Assembly (NCBI GenBank): GCA_964016885.1
Contig: OZ024740.1
Location: 215,016,001-215,080,000 of the forward strand
Source: Eledone cirrhosa
Taxonomy: Eukaryota
Length of the DNA stretch: 64,000 bases
Direction: 5' to 3'
Position numbers and translations under genes: made by a program. Under the pieces are notes generated by a model. It saw nothing but the letters and a program-made list of their open reading frames with translations, did no database searches and was not told where the DNA came from. This document shows, piece after piece, positions 1-11,918 of this stretch. Position 1 is the stretch's first letter, and each line of letters begins with the position of its first letter.

Positions 1-271
1 AATGTATCAAATTATATATTAACATTTGATACCAGCCTGACTAAAACTAGCTCCGGTTTTATCAAACAAAACCACACATTTTAAAGGATTTCTATAAAGA
101 TTATTCCTATATAAAATCTTTTCTCAACCTACTCATGCTTATGAAAGTAAATCTAATCCACATGGCCACCACCATAAATAAAACTTAAGGGTCAGTCCAC
201 ATCGTGGTCCCAGCCAACTGACAGAATGGAGAAGACATTGTTCGAGTGGAAGGGGAAGGACATGTGTTGCA

Positions 272-358
272 CCAGCAAGTAGGGATGTGGTCCTAGGAAC
301 CAACAATGTCGGAAGTCTCAATTGCCACAGGCTCAACCACAAACTTATCAGAGAGTGG
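272..358 (-). mobile_element. Decayed fragment of a CRE-like (restriction-like endonuclease) non-LTR retrotransposon; single-copy relative of the 78-bp array unit at 46.8-48.9 kb
   Basis: Reverse complement ctctgataagtttgtggttgagcctgtggcaattgagacttccgacattgttggttcctaggaccacatccctacttgctg aligns by eye to the array unit; it reads LSDKFVVEPVAIETSDIVG, then a frameshift, then RTTSLLA. Confidence 0.7.
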
Positions 359-719
359 CCAAGTAATAAATAATCATTTTAGTAAATCTCTTTAAATTCT
401 TTATCAAATAATTGAAAGAGTGTATTTTATTAAAAATATGGTCGCAAATGGGTTAACTGCTAAAACTTTAAATGTAAATAATATATATTTTATTTTTATT
501 TGGTTAAACATGCAGAGAAAGAAAGCAGTATTGAAAAGAGCTATAAATGTTTTCTTGTTGTTTTTTGGGTTTTTTTCTGAACCAACCATTAAACAGGCAG
601 AATTAATATATTTAGATATATAAACCGCTTAACAGAAATTGACAATGACAAGCTTCTAGTGAAAATGGTTTCCATATTATCCAATGCTTTTTACTGATTC
701 ACCCATTATCACCATCTTA

Positions 720-1320
720 ATAATAATAATAATGATTTCTTTATTAACCACAATGGTTTACATAAAGGAAAACATTGAGGATGGCTCAAGCATGGGTTTC
801 TGCATGTATAAACAGAAACACAATAACAAAAGATAAAACAAAAACTAATTTCCTAATAAGGGGGAGACCACTGAGGGTTACTCATAGAGAAGGCCCACAA
901 AAGTCATGGTCACCATGGCTGCTAGGGCAAGCACTCTCTCCCAGTTGTCTTCCTTCAATACTACAGTCACACAGGCCATTCTTGCCTCTCTCACCCACCT
1001 TTCAACAAACTGGCTGGAAGGCAGCACTTCCCTCTCCAGCCTGATTTTCCTTTTCAGATGAAAGCTGAAAAAATTAATGAGAGTGTCACGGAAGAGGAAA
1101 GTGCCCATCTTCAACCCTTTCAGACACATCCACCATATGACCTCTTTTACCATGGCCACCAAGCAGATAAAAACTGTCTGCCCTTCCTGGTTAAAGCTGA
1201 TAGCCAGATCCATCCTACATGCGACAGCAAATGTTTGACATAAACTCACAAGTCAGCGATACTCGGACACAGGACGAGTGCGTGCAGGACAGTCTCGTCG
1301 CTCCACACGCCTCTCGAACA
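720..1320 (-). mobile_element. 5'-truncated Tx1/L1-like LINE 3' end (ORF2 C-terminus, 3' UTR and tail)
   Basis: Minus strand reads ...SDETVLHALVLCPSIADL (remnant of the ET..H...C zinc knuckle), then ...HLKRKIRLEREVLPSSQFVERW (ORF 878-1249). It ends in AATAAA followed by a (TTA)n tail at ~720-745. Confidence 0.7.
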
Positions 1321-1420
1321 GGCCAATAATCTATACTATAATAAAGGGAGGCGTGCGGGACAGCGTCCGTTTTATATTTTTTAATCCAACTAGTAAAATA
1401 AGTTGGATTACTTTGAATAA

Positions 1421-1595
1421 ATAATTGTTTCTATTTTAGGCACACAAGGCCAGCAATTACCCAGTACATTACTGGTACTTTATTTTATCGACCCCGTAAG
1501 GATGAAAGGCAAAGTTAACCTCGGCGGGATTTGAACTCAGATCATAAAGGGACGTAACTCTATGCTTCAAAGCATGGTCTCCGACTCTCTACTGA
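1421..1595 (-). mobile_element. tRNA-derived SINE family A (short form)
   Basis: Contains the family core ctggtactttattttatcgaccccgtaaggatgaaaggcaaagttaacctcggcgggatttgaactcag, found about 11 times in the window; B-box-like gagttcaaatcc on the sense strand. Confidence 0.85.
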
Positions 1596-1728
1596 ATGAA
1601 TATTACATAATTAATCTACTAAATTTCGTAGCTGTTGATTTAACATAAATATTCTTATATATAATGATTGCTTATTTTAAGATTCACATCTTTTAAAATT
1701 TTCAAATGTCAATACTTCTGGTTATAAT

Positions 1729-1917
1729 ATAATTGTTTCTACTATTGGCACAAGGCCAGCAATTACCCAGTACATTACTGGTACTTTATTTTATCGACCC
1801 CTTAAGGATGAAAGGCAAAGTTAACCTCGGCGGGATTTGAACTCAGAATGGCAAAGGCCGTAACTCCATACGTCAAAGTATGGCATCCGACCCTCTACCG
1901 ATACTGCCAATTCACCG
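1729..1917 (-). mobile_element. SINE family A copy, near full length
   Basis: Same core; the 5' end reads cggtgaattggcagtatcggtagagggtcgg on the minus strand (A-box-like). Confidence 0.85.
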
Positions 1918-2354
1918 GACGATATATTATATCGATTATATAAACATTCATATATTTGCATCGTTATATCAAAATGTTTCTATTTCTGTCTCTAATTTTT
2001 CCTTTTCGCTTTCATTACATTTCACCGTGATGCAGTTTATATATAATATTGTCTTTTTTAAATGTATCATGGATTACTTTACTTACAGAAGAGAGTGTAA
2101 CACAGTCTCTCCTCAATTTCTGTGTATATTGTCAATTACGATTTTATTTGATGTATCATATCTACATGCATGTATATTTGCGTATAGTATCAATATGCAC
2201 ACTACACATGCTAGCAGAAAACCACCCCTTGGATGGTTTTTCAGCTAGCAATAATAATGGAGCTGGAAAAATGTGTCATAACAAACTATCACCCACCCGA
2301 GACCCCTAGTTGAGGCCCAGTGGGATTTATGTGAATATACAGACATCCAAGGAA

Positions 2355-2355
<1 letters not shown>

Positions 2356-2388
<33 letters not shown>

Positions 2389-2563
2389 GTTTCTACGTTA
2401 GGCACAAGGCCAGCAATTACCCAGTGTATTACTGGTACTTTATTTTATCGACCCCGTAAGGATGAAAGGCAAAGTTAACATCGGCGGGATTTGAACTCAG
2501 ATCATAAATGGCCGTAACTCTATGCTGCAAAGCCTGGTGTCCAACCCTCTACCGATACTGCCA
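2356..2563 (-). mobile_element. SINE family A copy with (TTA)n tail
   Basis: Same core; (AAT)n tract at 2356-2387 on the plus strand. Confidence 0.85.
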
Positions 2564-2719
2564 AATAATAATAATAATAATGTTTAAATGAGTTCTATTC
2601 CTAGATAAGTCAACAACAAGTTTGTGGATTATTCAAATACAAAATAACTGAAATATAAAAATAAACATCATCCATTAGAAATATAAGTTGAGAAAATAAA
2701 TAAATGTACTTTCAATATT

Positions 2720-3060
2720 GTCTGTCTTCTCTCTCTCACTCCCTATCCCTTTCTATCTCTCCTCTCTTTCTGTCCTTCTCTTTCTATCCCTCCTCCCTTT
2801 CTATCTCTCCTCTCTCTCTGTCCTTCCCTTTCTCTCTCTCCTCTCTCTTCTTCCCTCTCCCTTTCTATCCCTCCCTCACTATTTCTCTCTCTGTCCTTCC
2901 CTTTCCATCTCTCCCTCGCACCCTCTCTCTTTGTTCTCCCTTTTATATCCCCCCCTCACACCCTACCTCATTCTCCCTCCTTTTCCTTCTATCTATGTCC
3001 CTATCTTTATCCCCCTTCCTCCTTCCCATTACTCATCTCTCTCATCTCACTTCTTCAACA
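2720..3060. repeat. CT-rich low-complexity tract
   Basis: Almost purely pyrimidine on the plus strand, with repeated ctttctatctctcctctct motifs. Confidence 0.85.
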
Positions 3061-3179
3061 GAACACACATCTACTCATCTCCTCTCAAGCAACTCCACAG
3101 TTTTTCCACATCTCACTTTCAGAGTGCCCTGAGATGTATTACCTAACAGTGTCTTCAATCTTTCTTACTTCTCATTCTT

Positions 3180-3215
3180 TTTTCTGATGAAGGACTAGTG
3201 TCCGAAACGTTAAGA
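3180..3215 (+). ncRNA. Minimal type I hammerhead ribozyme motif (Penelope/retrozyme type) inside a dispersed repeat (~3130-3300)
   Basis: tttt-CTGATGA-a-GGAC tagt GTCC-GAAA-CGT-T-aaga: intact core boxes, 4-bp stem II, palindromic ACGT stem III, GUU cleavage triplet. A second copy lies at 62612-62647. Confidence 0.75.
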
Positions 3216-3920
3216 CCCTCTTCCTGCTATTTCAAGCGTTAAACTAATATATTCCTTCCATATACTGTACTGATTGTGTTATTTCTGTTTACCTTTTACA
3301 TACATACATATATATATATATATTCAAAATAGGTAGCACACAGGACAACGACAATGGAAAAAAACAACAGAAAGATGGACAGTCCCATCTCCTCAGTCAA
3401 CTTCTGGAAATCCCTATGGTTTTGGTGCATTAAGGTCGATATCATTCATTCCAGTGCACATTGGGACATAACAAAACAGGTAGAGACAAGTTATGCCTTT
3501 AGGTAAATTACACAAATATATATACATTGAAATAAATATAGTAAGCTTTGCTGTAACATTTCACTGAATAAAATAAGTCTAATAAATCTACTGAACATAT
3601 GTATACATTGATGATGTGTATCAGCATGTGAAACCCATATTTTACCATTCAGTGGATTTATATGCCCCGTTATTTGACTATTTTATTTAGTCAAATGTTA
3701 TGGGGAAGCCTTATTTCAATTTTCAAACTTCGCTTGCCACTTTTTAAACACACACACACAGAGATATATATATATATATATATATAATTATATATTAGAA
3801 AATGAGGTTTTTTTTACAAAATGAAAAAAAGACAAGACGTCCTACACGGGTGAAAGTATAAGGAAAAAAGATGAAGTTGAAAATGCAACTGGAGTCTTTT
3901 TAAGAATATTTATTTGGTTC

Positions 3921-3956
3921 CTTTACCGGTTTCGCAGTTCTTGTGCTTTTCAAAAG
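3921..3956 (-). ncRNA. Hammerhead-like motif with U3-A8 core variant in the Penelope 3' terminal region
   Basis: Minus strand: ctt-TTGAAAA-gca caagaac tgc-GAAA-CCGGT-A-aag. Stem I ctt/aag, stem II gca/tgc, palindromic ACCGGT stem III. Confidence 0.6.
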
Positions 3957-4877
3957 TAGAATTGAGATGGAAGGTTTGTGGTTTTTCTCATATCTGGTTG
4001 GTGTTCGGATGTTACTTCTGTTTTATATGGAAAAAAGTGGCTCGAAATGCTAGGTTTTTAGAAAAGTGATTTGATTAGTTGAAGACTGTCACTTGAATAA
4101 GTATAATAAATTTCGTGCCAGTTTGCGTTACAAAGTTCTTATTATATTTGCCTTTAAAAAAGAGGGGGGGGGCTCAGATTGTTTTTTCATGTATGAGTAA
4201 AATTTGGTTGAATAAGCACCAGTCTGTGTTTGAGTTTCTTTTTACTTAAAAAAGTGGCTCAAAATGTTTTTTTTATAAATGTAACTTATTGGTTATAAAT
4301 GAAATTATGACTGTCATGTGAACAAGTAGATTAAATTTTGCACCCGTATTTGGACATTTTTTTTGCAACCATTTAGAGAATTTTGTGCCAAACAAAAGAT
4401 AATGGTCATGAAAAAAGGGATGGGGAGAATTGTTCTGGTTCAGTGAGTATGGCTGATGTGCTGAGGTGTCAAAATTCAGACTTTCTATTGAAATAAAGAA
4501 AGTAGAGATATGTATTTTTATTTATATGCTGGTGTGTGTGTGTGTAGGAAAATGATTCTATTAGTAGAAGTGGGGGAGGGAGTTATGTGTGTGTGTGTGT
4601 ATGGGTGTTATATTTGTGTGTGTATGTGTGCGTGGGAGTATGGTTAGGATGTTAAGATGGAGAGAATATATATTTGTGTGTGTGTGTAGGAAAATGATTC
4701 CATTAGTAGAAATGGGGGAAGGGGGCATGGTTAGCATGTTAAGGTGTTAGAGTATTAACATATGTTAAGGTTTATTTAGCTCTGGTTTTTATTTTCGAAT
4801 ATAGAAGGTGTTATGTGTGTGTGTATGTATGTGTCTGTTTGGATGGTTAGCATGTTATGGTGTTGACATAATGTATA

Positions 4878-7110
4878 TTAAACTATATTTAACGCTGGTC
4901 TATATTTTTGAATAAACATATTTTCCTTATTTATTCGTATTTGTTCTGTTGTATTGTCAGCGCAAAGATAAAATGAGAAGACTTGGAATTTGGGTGTCTT
5001 ATCACTTGCGTATATGTCTAGATGTGCACTGAGTGGTATCTGTCTTGTGGTAGGGTCTCGTAATTGTTGGCAATGAATTGTCATTCTGTTTCTGAGTGTG
5101 AGTTTAGTTTGTCCTATATAATCTTCATTGCATCCTTTACATTTAATGGCATAAATTAAATTTTTTGAAGAGCAAGTGGAGTGATATTTTACAACAAAAT
5201 TTTGTCCTGATTGAAATGTATACATGTTGCCTTCAATGAGATGAGTGCAGGTTCCACAATTAGAGCAACCACATTTTTTGACAGTTGGTTGTGGGTTTGT
5301 GGTAGGTAATTTGGCATTGGTGAGTAATGTTTTTAGTGATTTCGGTTGTCTTTTGCTTTTGATTATTTTGTGTTTCAGGGCTTTTTTCATTCTTGGGTCT
5401 TGTTTCAATAGTGGGATGTTCTTGTGAATAATGTTGTAAGCTTCCACATTTCTTGGGTTGTGTGTTGAGATATATGATAGAATATTGGACGTACCTTGAA
5501 TTTGTTTCTGTTTTCGTAATTCATCAATGCCTATTGCTTTAGCCCTTTCTATTCCATTATTTATTAGTAATGGGGGTACTGTCTTTCGAGCAGAATTTCC
5601 TTTAATTCTTGAAGTCTTTTATTTCGCATTTCATAATTGGAGACAATTGTGCAAATTCTTCTTGCTAGGTTAAAAGGGATGTTCATCTTTGTGTGCTTTG
5701 GATGGTTGGAGGTGAATAGCAGGTATTGTTTGGAATCTGTTGGTTTGTAGTGTATGTCAGTTTCAATATTTGTGTCTTTTTTTATGATTAAGATGTCCAG
5801 AAATGGGAGGTGATCTTGGATGTATTCCATTGTGAATGGGATGTGGTTATTGATGCCGTTAATTAAGTTTTTGAAATCATTTAGTTGGTCGAGTGTGTGA
5901 GACCAAAGAATAAGACAATCATCCAAGTAGCGTTTCCAGTTCTCTGATAAATATTTGTGGAAGTTCAATCCATATTTTGATTTGGAGTGTTCATATATCT
6001 GGACTTCCAAGTATGCCATGACTAAGTTAGCATAAGTTGGAGCGACTTTTGTACCCATTGCAGTCCCCGATATTTGCTTGTAAGTACTGCCATCGAAATC
6101 AAAAAAGTTGTTCTGTAAAATAAATTTTAATCCCTCGGTGATGAAGCTTTTTTCTATTCTGTCAGGTATCTCATTGGGATATTTCTCTAGCCAGAATCCT
6201 ATTGCTTCTAGTCCGTATTGGTGTGGGATCATTGTGTAGAGATTCACTACATCGAAAGACACAATAATATTGTCGTTGTTGACATGTTTGGGGAGGTGGT
6301 TTAAGAGGTCCAGATCGTCTCTTACAAGGCTTGGTATGTGTTTGAGAATTGATTTTTGTAGTATGTCTATAAAGTTGCTTAGTCTGTGTGTTTCACATTG
6401 CAGGCCCACTACAATTGGTCTTAATTTAAGGTCAGTGGGGTATTGTGTGTTCACACAGGTTGAGGTGGATTCTTTACAGGCATCTTTAATTATTTTACAC
6501 TTGTGGATCTTCTGAAGTCCGTAAAGGTTGCTGGTTTTGTATTCAAAATGTGTTAAATAATGGTATTCCTTTTAGTTAAGTCTTCCTGGTATCGACAAAT
6601 GAATATGTTTAATCTGGTCATCGTTTTTGATTGCTGGTAGTATTTTACTCTTTCATAGTAGTTAGTGTCTTGTAAGAGAGAGAATATAGAATGTTTATAT
6701 TGTTCAGCCTCCATAATGACGACAGTACTTCCCTTGTCCGCTTCCTTAATTACAATGTCAGTATTGTTTTTTTAGTTCATGTATAATCTCCCATTCCCTT
6801 CGACTCATGTTGGGTTTGGGTTTAGGTTGCAGTAATTCATGGTATGGGAAAGTTGCTATATGATCTCAAAATTTGTCCAGAACTCTGTTCCTACCTTTTG
6901 TTGGGTTGTAGCTGCTTTTATTCCGTACAATTTATTGGTCGTTATTCTCCTTGTCAAAAGATTCCTCTGTGAGACGTAATTTTCTACAGAAGTGTGAGAT
7001 ATCGTCATTTATCTCATTGAGGTTAGAGTATTGTGGTGTTGCTGTGAATTTCAGTCCTTTGGAGAGAATTTTAATTTGTTGGGCTGAGAAGTTTGTATTT
7101 GAAAGGTTGA
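4878..7110 (-). pseudogene. Penelope-like RT and GIY-YIG endonuclease ORF, disrupted by stops and frameshifts
   Basis: Motifs ILSKGLKF, IKEADKGSTVVIM, LRPIV, SFDVVNLYT, GTAMGTKVAPTYANL, RYLDD, FLDILI, the linker CGCSNCGTC, and LIYAIKCKGCNEDYIGQT; split across ORFs 5564-6454 and 4878-5447 plus broken upstream frames. Confidence 0.92.
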
Positions 7111-7731
7111 TTATTTTCGGTTTTTCAAAATCGGTTTGTGCGTCCGGGTGTCATGGGTCCTGTAGCCTTGGTCTAAAAAATGATTTTTATGAATTGTTTT
7201 TTCATGGGTATTATTATATCTAATGGCATTTCCCCTGTTGTTGTGTGGTCTTGTATAGAAGTTTCGGATGTAGTGAGGTTCGGTTTGTTGATGGTCCAGG
7301 TTGTAAATTTTGTTCCTTTGTGTGGGTTGGGATCCACGATTTCGGAACAGGTTCTGTGTGGGTTTGTATATATATATGCATTTTTTGGCTTGCATATCCA
7401 TTGTGCAACTAGTGTTGCAGATTCCCGGGGTCCCAGAAACCTACCAAAGATTTTTATCGATTTCTATCAATTCCTATCTACTCAAGATGGTCCAGGTTAG
7501 TATTCGACCCGTTTGTATTTATTCTAGTTGTGGTATCAACTATGGCCACATGCATTTGGTTGCTTTTCTTGGTGTCACACATTCTTAATTTTGTGTTCAC
7601 TCTCAATGAAAATGTATAAGATCTTTGCACCATTGAGTGCTTTGGAACTGCCTCAAACAATCAATTGTTATCAGCTATATTGTGGCTACAACTTCAATAT
7701 ATACATATCATATATATATACACACATGCAC

Positions 7732-7789
<58 letters not shown>

Positions 7790-8483
7790 ATAAATCATGG
7801 CTTGAAGTTTTGAAAATAAATGCATTAAAATATCTCATTATTTAATATTTCAAAAAATATATTAAACATAACAGATTGGAAGAATATGCTTTGAAAAAAA
7901 TAGTAAATCACTTCTGCCTGGTTATTAGCTATGGTTATTAGCTATGTTGTCAGTCATTTCCCACTACTGTTTGCAGAGGGATTTCCATCTTTATTTCTTA
8001 GCTAATAATTTCTCAACACGACAGCTATTGAGAAGTAATAACCACTACATTGCAGCAGCAAAAGTTTTGATAAGGCAACTGCCATTGAATAAAACAGAAA
8101 AAAAGAGAAAACAAAAATAAACCCCAAAAGGAACGTAAAACATCATGAAAGTGGTTACTGAGTTCATCTCATAGAAAATTGATTACCATAAAGCAGCAGA
8201 TATGAACACTTCCTCAGGGAATATTACTTTTTCTAACTTCCATAAATCCTCTTAGCAATTTTTCAATAATGCAGAAAAGTAGAAAGTTTTCCAGTGTACA
8301 CAGCTAGAGACTCTTCTATACAAAGACATTTCGTCATTGATGCTGAGAAAGCTAATGAAACAGAAAGGTGTTTCTAGCAGACATATATATGCATTAAATA
8401 ACCTGTCTTCTGCATCTCAATTTGATGCCATTAATTTTATTTCCTATTTATGTACATAGTTATTTATCTGTTACATATCACCA

Positions 8484-10208
8484 CATTCTTCAGTTCCAGA
8501 GCATCATATTCTTCAGTTCCAGTATGTGTCTGTTACTCATCGTCATATTCTTCAGTTGACGTATGTGTCTGTTACTCAGCACCATATTCTTCAGTTCCAG
8601 AATATGTCTGTTACTCAGCACGATATTCTTCAGTTGAAGTATATGTCTGTTACTCAGCACCATATTCTTCAGTTCCAGTATGTGTCTGTTACTCAGCATC
8701 ATATTCTTCAGTTGAAGTATGTATCTGTTACTCAGCACCATATTCTTCAGTTGAAGTATGTGTCTGTTACTCATCACCATATTCTTCAGTTGAAGTATGT
8801 GTCTGTTACTCAGCACCATATTCTTCAGTTCCAGTATGTGTCTGTTATTCAGCACTATATTCTTCAGTTGAAGTATATGTCTGTTACTCAGCACCATATT
8901 CTTCAGTTGAAGTATGTGTCTGTTACTCAGCACCATATTCTTCAGTTCCAGTATGTGTCTGTTACTCAGCATCATATTCTTCAGTTGAAGTATGTGTCTG
9001 TTACTCAGCACCTTATTCTTCAGTTAAAGTATGTGTCTGTTACTCAGCACCATATTCTTCAGTTAAAGTATGTGTCTGTTACTCAGCACCATATTCTTCA
9101 GTTGAAGTATGTGTCTGTTACTCAGCACCATATTCTTCAGTTGAAGTATGTGTCTGTTACTCAGCACCATATTCTTCAGTTGAAGTATGTCTGTTACTCA
9201 GCACCATATTCTTCAGTTCCAGTATGTGTCTGTTACTCATCGTCATATTCTTCAGTTGAAGTATGTGTCTGTTACTCAGCACCATATTCTTCAGTTGAAG
9301 TATGTGTCTGTTACTCAGCACTATATTCTTCAGTTGAAGTATGTGTCTGTTACTCAGCACCATATTCTTCAGTTAAAGTATGTGTCTGTTACTCAGCACT
9401 ATATTCTTCAGTTGAAGTATGTGTCTGTTACTCATCACCATATTCTTCAGTTGAAGTATGTGTCTGTTACTCAGCATCATATTCTTCAGTTAAAGTATGT
9501 GTCTGTTACTCAGCACTATATTCTTCAGTTGAAGTATGTGTCTGTTACTCAGCACCATATTCTTCAGTTGAAGTATGTGTCTGTTACTCAGCACCATATT
9601 CTTCAGTTGAAGTATGTGTCTGTTACTCAGCATCATATTCTTCAGTTGAAGTATGTGTCTGTTACTCAGCACCATATTCTTCAGTTGAAGTATGTGTCTG
9701 TTACTCAGCACCATATTCTTCAGTTGAAGTATGTGTCTGTTACTCAGCATCATATTCTTCAGTTGAAGTATGTGTCTGTTACTCATCACCATATTCTTCA
9801 GTTGAAGTATGTGTCTGTTACTCAGCATCATATTCTTCAGTTGAAGTATGTGTCTGTTACTCAGCACCATATTCTTCAGTTGAAGTATGTGTCTGTTACT
9901 CAGCACCATATTCTTCAGTTGAAGTATGTGTCTGTTACTCAGCATCATATTCTTCAGTTGAAGTATGTGTCTGTTACTCATCACCATATTCTTCAGTTGA
10001 AGTATGTGTCTGTTACTCATCACCATATTCTTCAGTTGAAGTATGTGTCTGTTACTCAGCACCATATTCTTCAGTTAAAGTATGTGTCTGTTACTCAGCA
10101 CTATATTCTTCAGTTGAAGTATGTGTCTGTTACTCAGCACCATATTCTTCAGTTGAAGTATGTCTGTTACTCAGCACCATATTCTTCAGTTGAAGTATGT
10201 ATCTGTTA
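8484..10208. repeat. 39-bp minisatellite, ~44 copies
   Basis: Unit catattcttcagttgaagtatgtgtctgttactcagcac; 2-bp deletion units near 9187 and 10160. Confidence 0.97.
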
Positions 10209-10467
10209 CATTGCTTATCTTTAACCTATAGGTCAGTATTCTAGAACAAATGGCTTGACATCTTAATATTATTGCTCATTGTTAAGATATGGAAGAGTAG
10301 AAAGACGTAAATAATCTCACTTTTGCTTCTATATATTAGTAAATATCTGAGATCATAAATGTCTTCCTCATATTCAATATGATGAACAACAAAACTGAAG
10401 CAGAAAAACAGAAAAGCTGTCATTAAGGAACTAACTTAATATATTTTCTTCAAATTAAAAACTTGGT

Positions 10468-10767
10468 GCTACTACTGCTACTACTACTACTGTTGCTACT
10501 ACCACTACTGCTGCTGCTACTACTACTACCACCAGCACCACTACCACTACTATTACCACTAGCACTACTACTACTACTGTTGCTACTACCACTACTGCTG
10601 CTGGTACTACTACTACCACCACCACTACCACCGCCACTACCCCCACCACCACCACTACTACCACCACCACAACCACTACCACTACTCCCACCACCACTAC
10701 CACCACCATCACCACCACCACTACCACCACCACCACCAGTACTACTACTACTATCACCACCACTACT
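10468..10767. repeat. Compound (CTA)n/(CCA)n/(CTG)n microsatellite
   Basis: Seen directly; explains the poly-V and poly-L/P ORFs. Confidence 0.95.
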
Positions 10768-10960
10768 GTGATTCTCTATTTAATGGAATTAACTGTAAAG
10801 TTTCCTGTCCAAATGTTCACCAAGATATGGTTATTAGAAGGTAATCAACACTGTCAAAGATCACCAATCCTATATACCACCTCTAAAGAAATATGTCTTT
10901 CATAATGTGCATATGATTGCATCTTCTGCTCATGAAATTAGCTCCTGCACTAACAATCAG

Positions 10961-10962
<2 letters not shown>

Positions 10963-11032
<70 letters not shown>

Positions 11033-11250
11033 TGTGTTTGTGTGTGATGTGTGTGTGTGTGTGTGTGTCTATGTGTATCTGTGTGAGATTATGTGTGTAT
11101 GATTGCATCTTCAGATGATGAAATTACTGCCTGCACTAATCATTAGATCTATCTATCTATCTCTCTCTCTCTCTCATGCACACACTCTCTATCTCTCGCA
11201 CACTCTCTTTTTCTCTTTGTTTCTCTCTCTCTCTTTCTCTCACTCTATCT
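10963..11250. repeat. (GT)n followed by (CT)n microsatellites
   Basis: Seen directly. Confidence 0.9.
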
Positions 11251-11794
11251 ATCTATATTTTTTTCTCTGTACATGCTCGCAGTGTATGTGAGGCTGGACA
11301 TATGTCATGTGTCTGCTGCATGCTGCACAAGTGCAGTTTTGTGTGCATCATTAACTTATTTTATTTTCATATAATTTTCTTGGTTTAATATGAATTCCCC
11401 AGTGAATATATCAATATTATTGTGGCTGATCGACTCACTATACTATATTTAATCAAATCACTTCCAATTATTTTCATCAATTTTTCTCATGGCCAACTAC
11501 AACATTATCAATAGAGTTGTGTCCAAAGTGAAACACCATAGCTGTATCAATACATTCCAATAAATATGATCAATAGCATATAAGATATCATTTGGAAAGG
11601 CAAAAATTATCATTTAAGAGGTAAATATACATGACTATAGGAATTTTATAAGTAACAACAGCAAAGGTAGATGGAAGAAAGCAAGTTCAATACTCCCCAT
11701 TACAGCTATATCACTGTTTATACACTAATATAAGCTGCTTTACCTTCCCACATACTCTATTTTATCTCTGAGAAATTGGTAAAAATTCAAACCC

Positions 11795-11918
11795 CGTTTA
11801 TAAGCCGAGGCAGCTAATCAACACATTGTTTAGGTGGTGTATATAAGCCAACCCCCCATTTTACCATCCATTTTTTGGGTCACATATTCCTTGGCTTATA
11901 TTCAAATATATATCATAT
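11795..11918. mobile_element. Fragment of a Tc1/mariner-pogo-like MITE
   Basis: tataagcc motifs and the end ggcttatattcaaatatata resemble the termini of the element at 49686-49925. Confidence 0.35.

Larger units (their letters stand above)
3790..7700 (-). mobile_element. Penelope-like retroelement (Neptune-type), near full length, decayed, flanked by (TA)n on both sides
   Basis: RT and GIY-YIG ORF remnants, a long CA-rich 3' region with internal duplications, a hammerhead-like motif near the 3' end, and (TA)n tracts at ~3763-3795 and ~7700-7787. Confidence 0.9.

Noticed and set aside
1330-1393. Mini-Helitron (TCTATACTATAATAAA...small hairpin...CTAG)
   Set aside because: The termini are suggestive, but it is ~65 bp, single-copy in the window and cannot be supported without a family search.
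8484-10208. Tandem hammerhead array (each unit has CTGAAGA on the minus strand)
   Set aside because: There is no GAAA box at the required position and no convincing stems; it fails the standard met by the motifs at 3180, 3921 and 62612.
8450-10224. Long Cys/Tyr/Ser- or His-rich ORFs
   Set aside because: Minisatellite translations open in several frames on both strands and broken by 2-bp deletions.
10455-11388. Poly-V, poly-P/L and VC-repeat ORFs (also at 17865-18334, 20968-21226, 24961-25193, 62585-63169)
   Set aside because: Translations of microsatellites.
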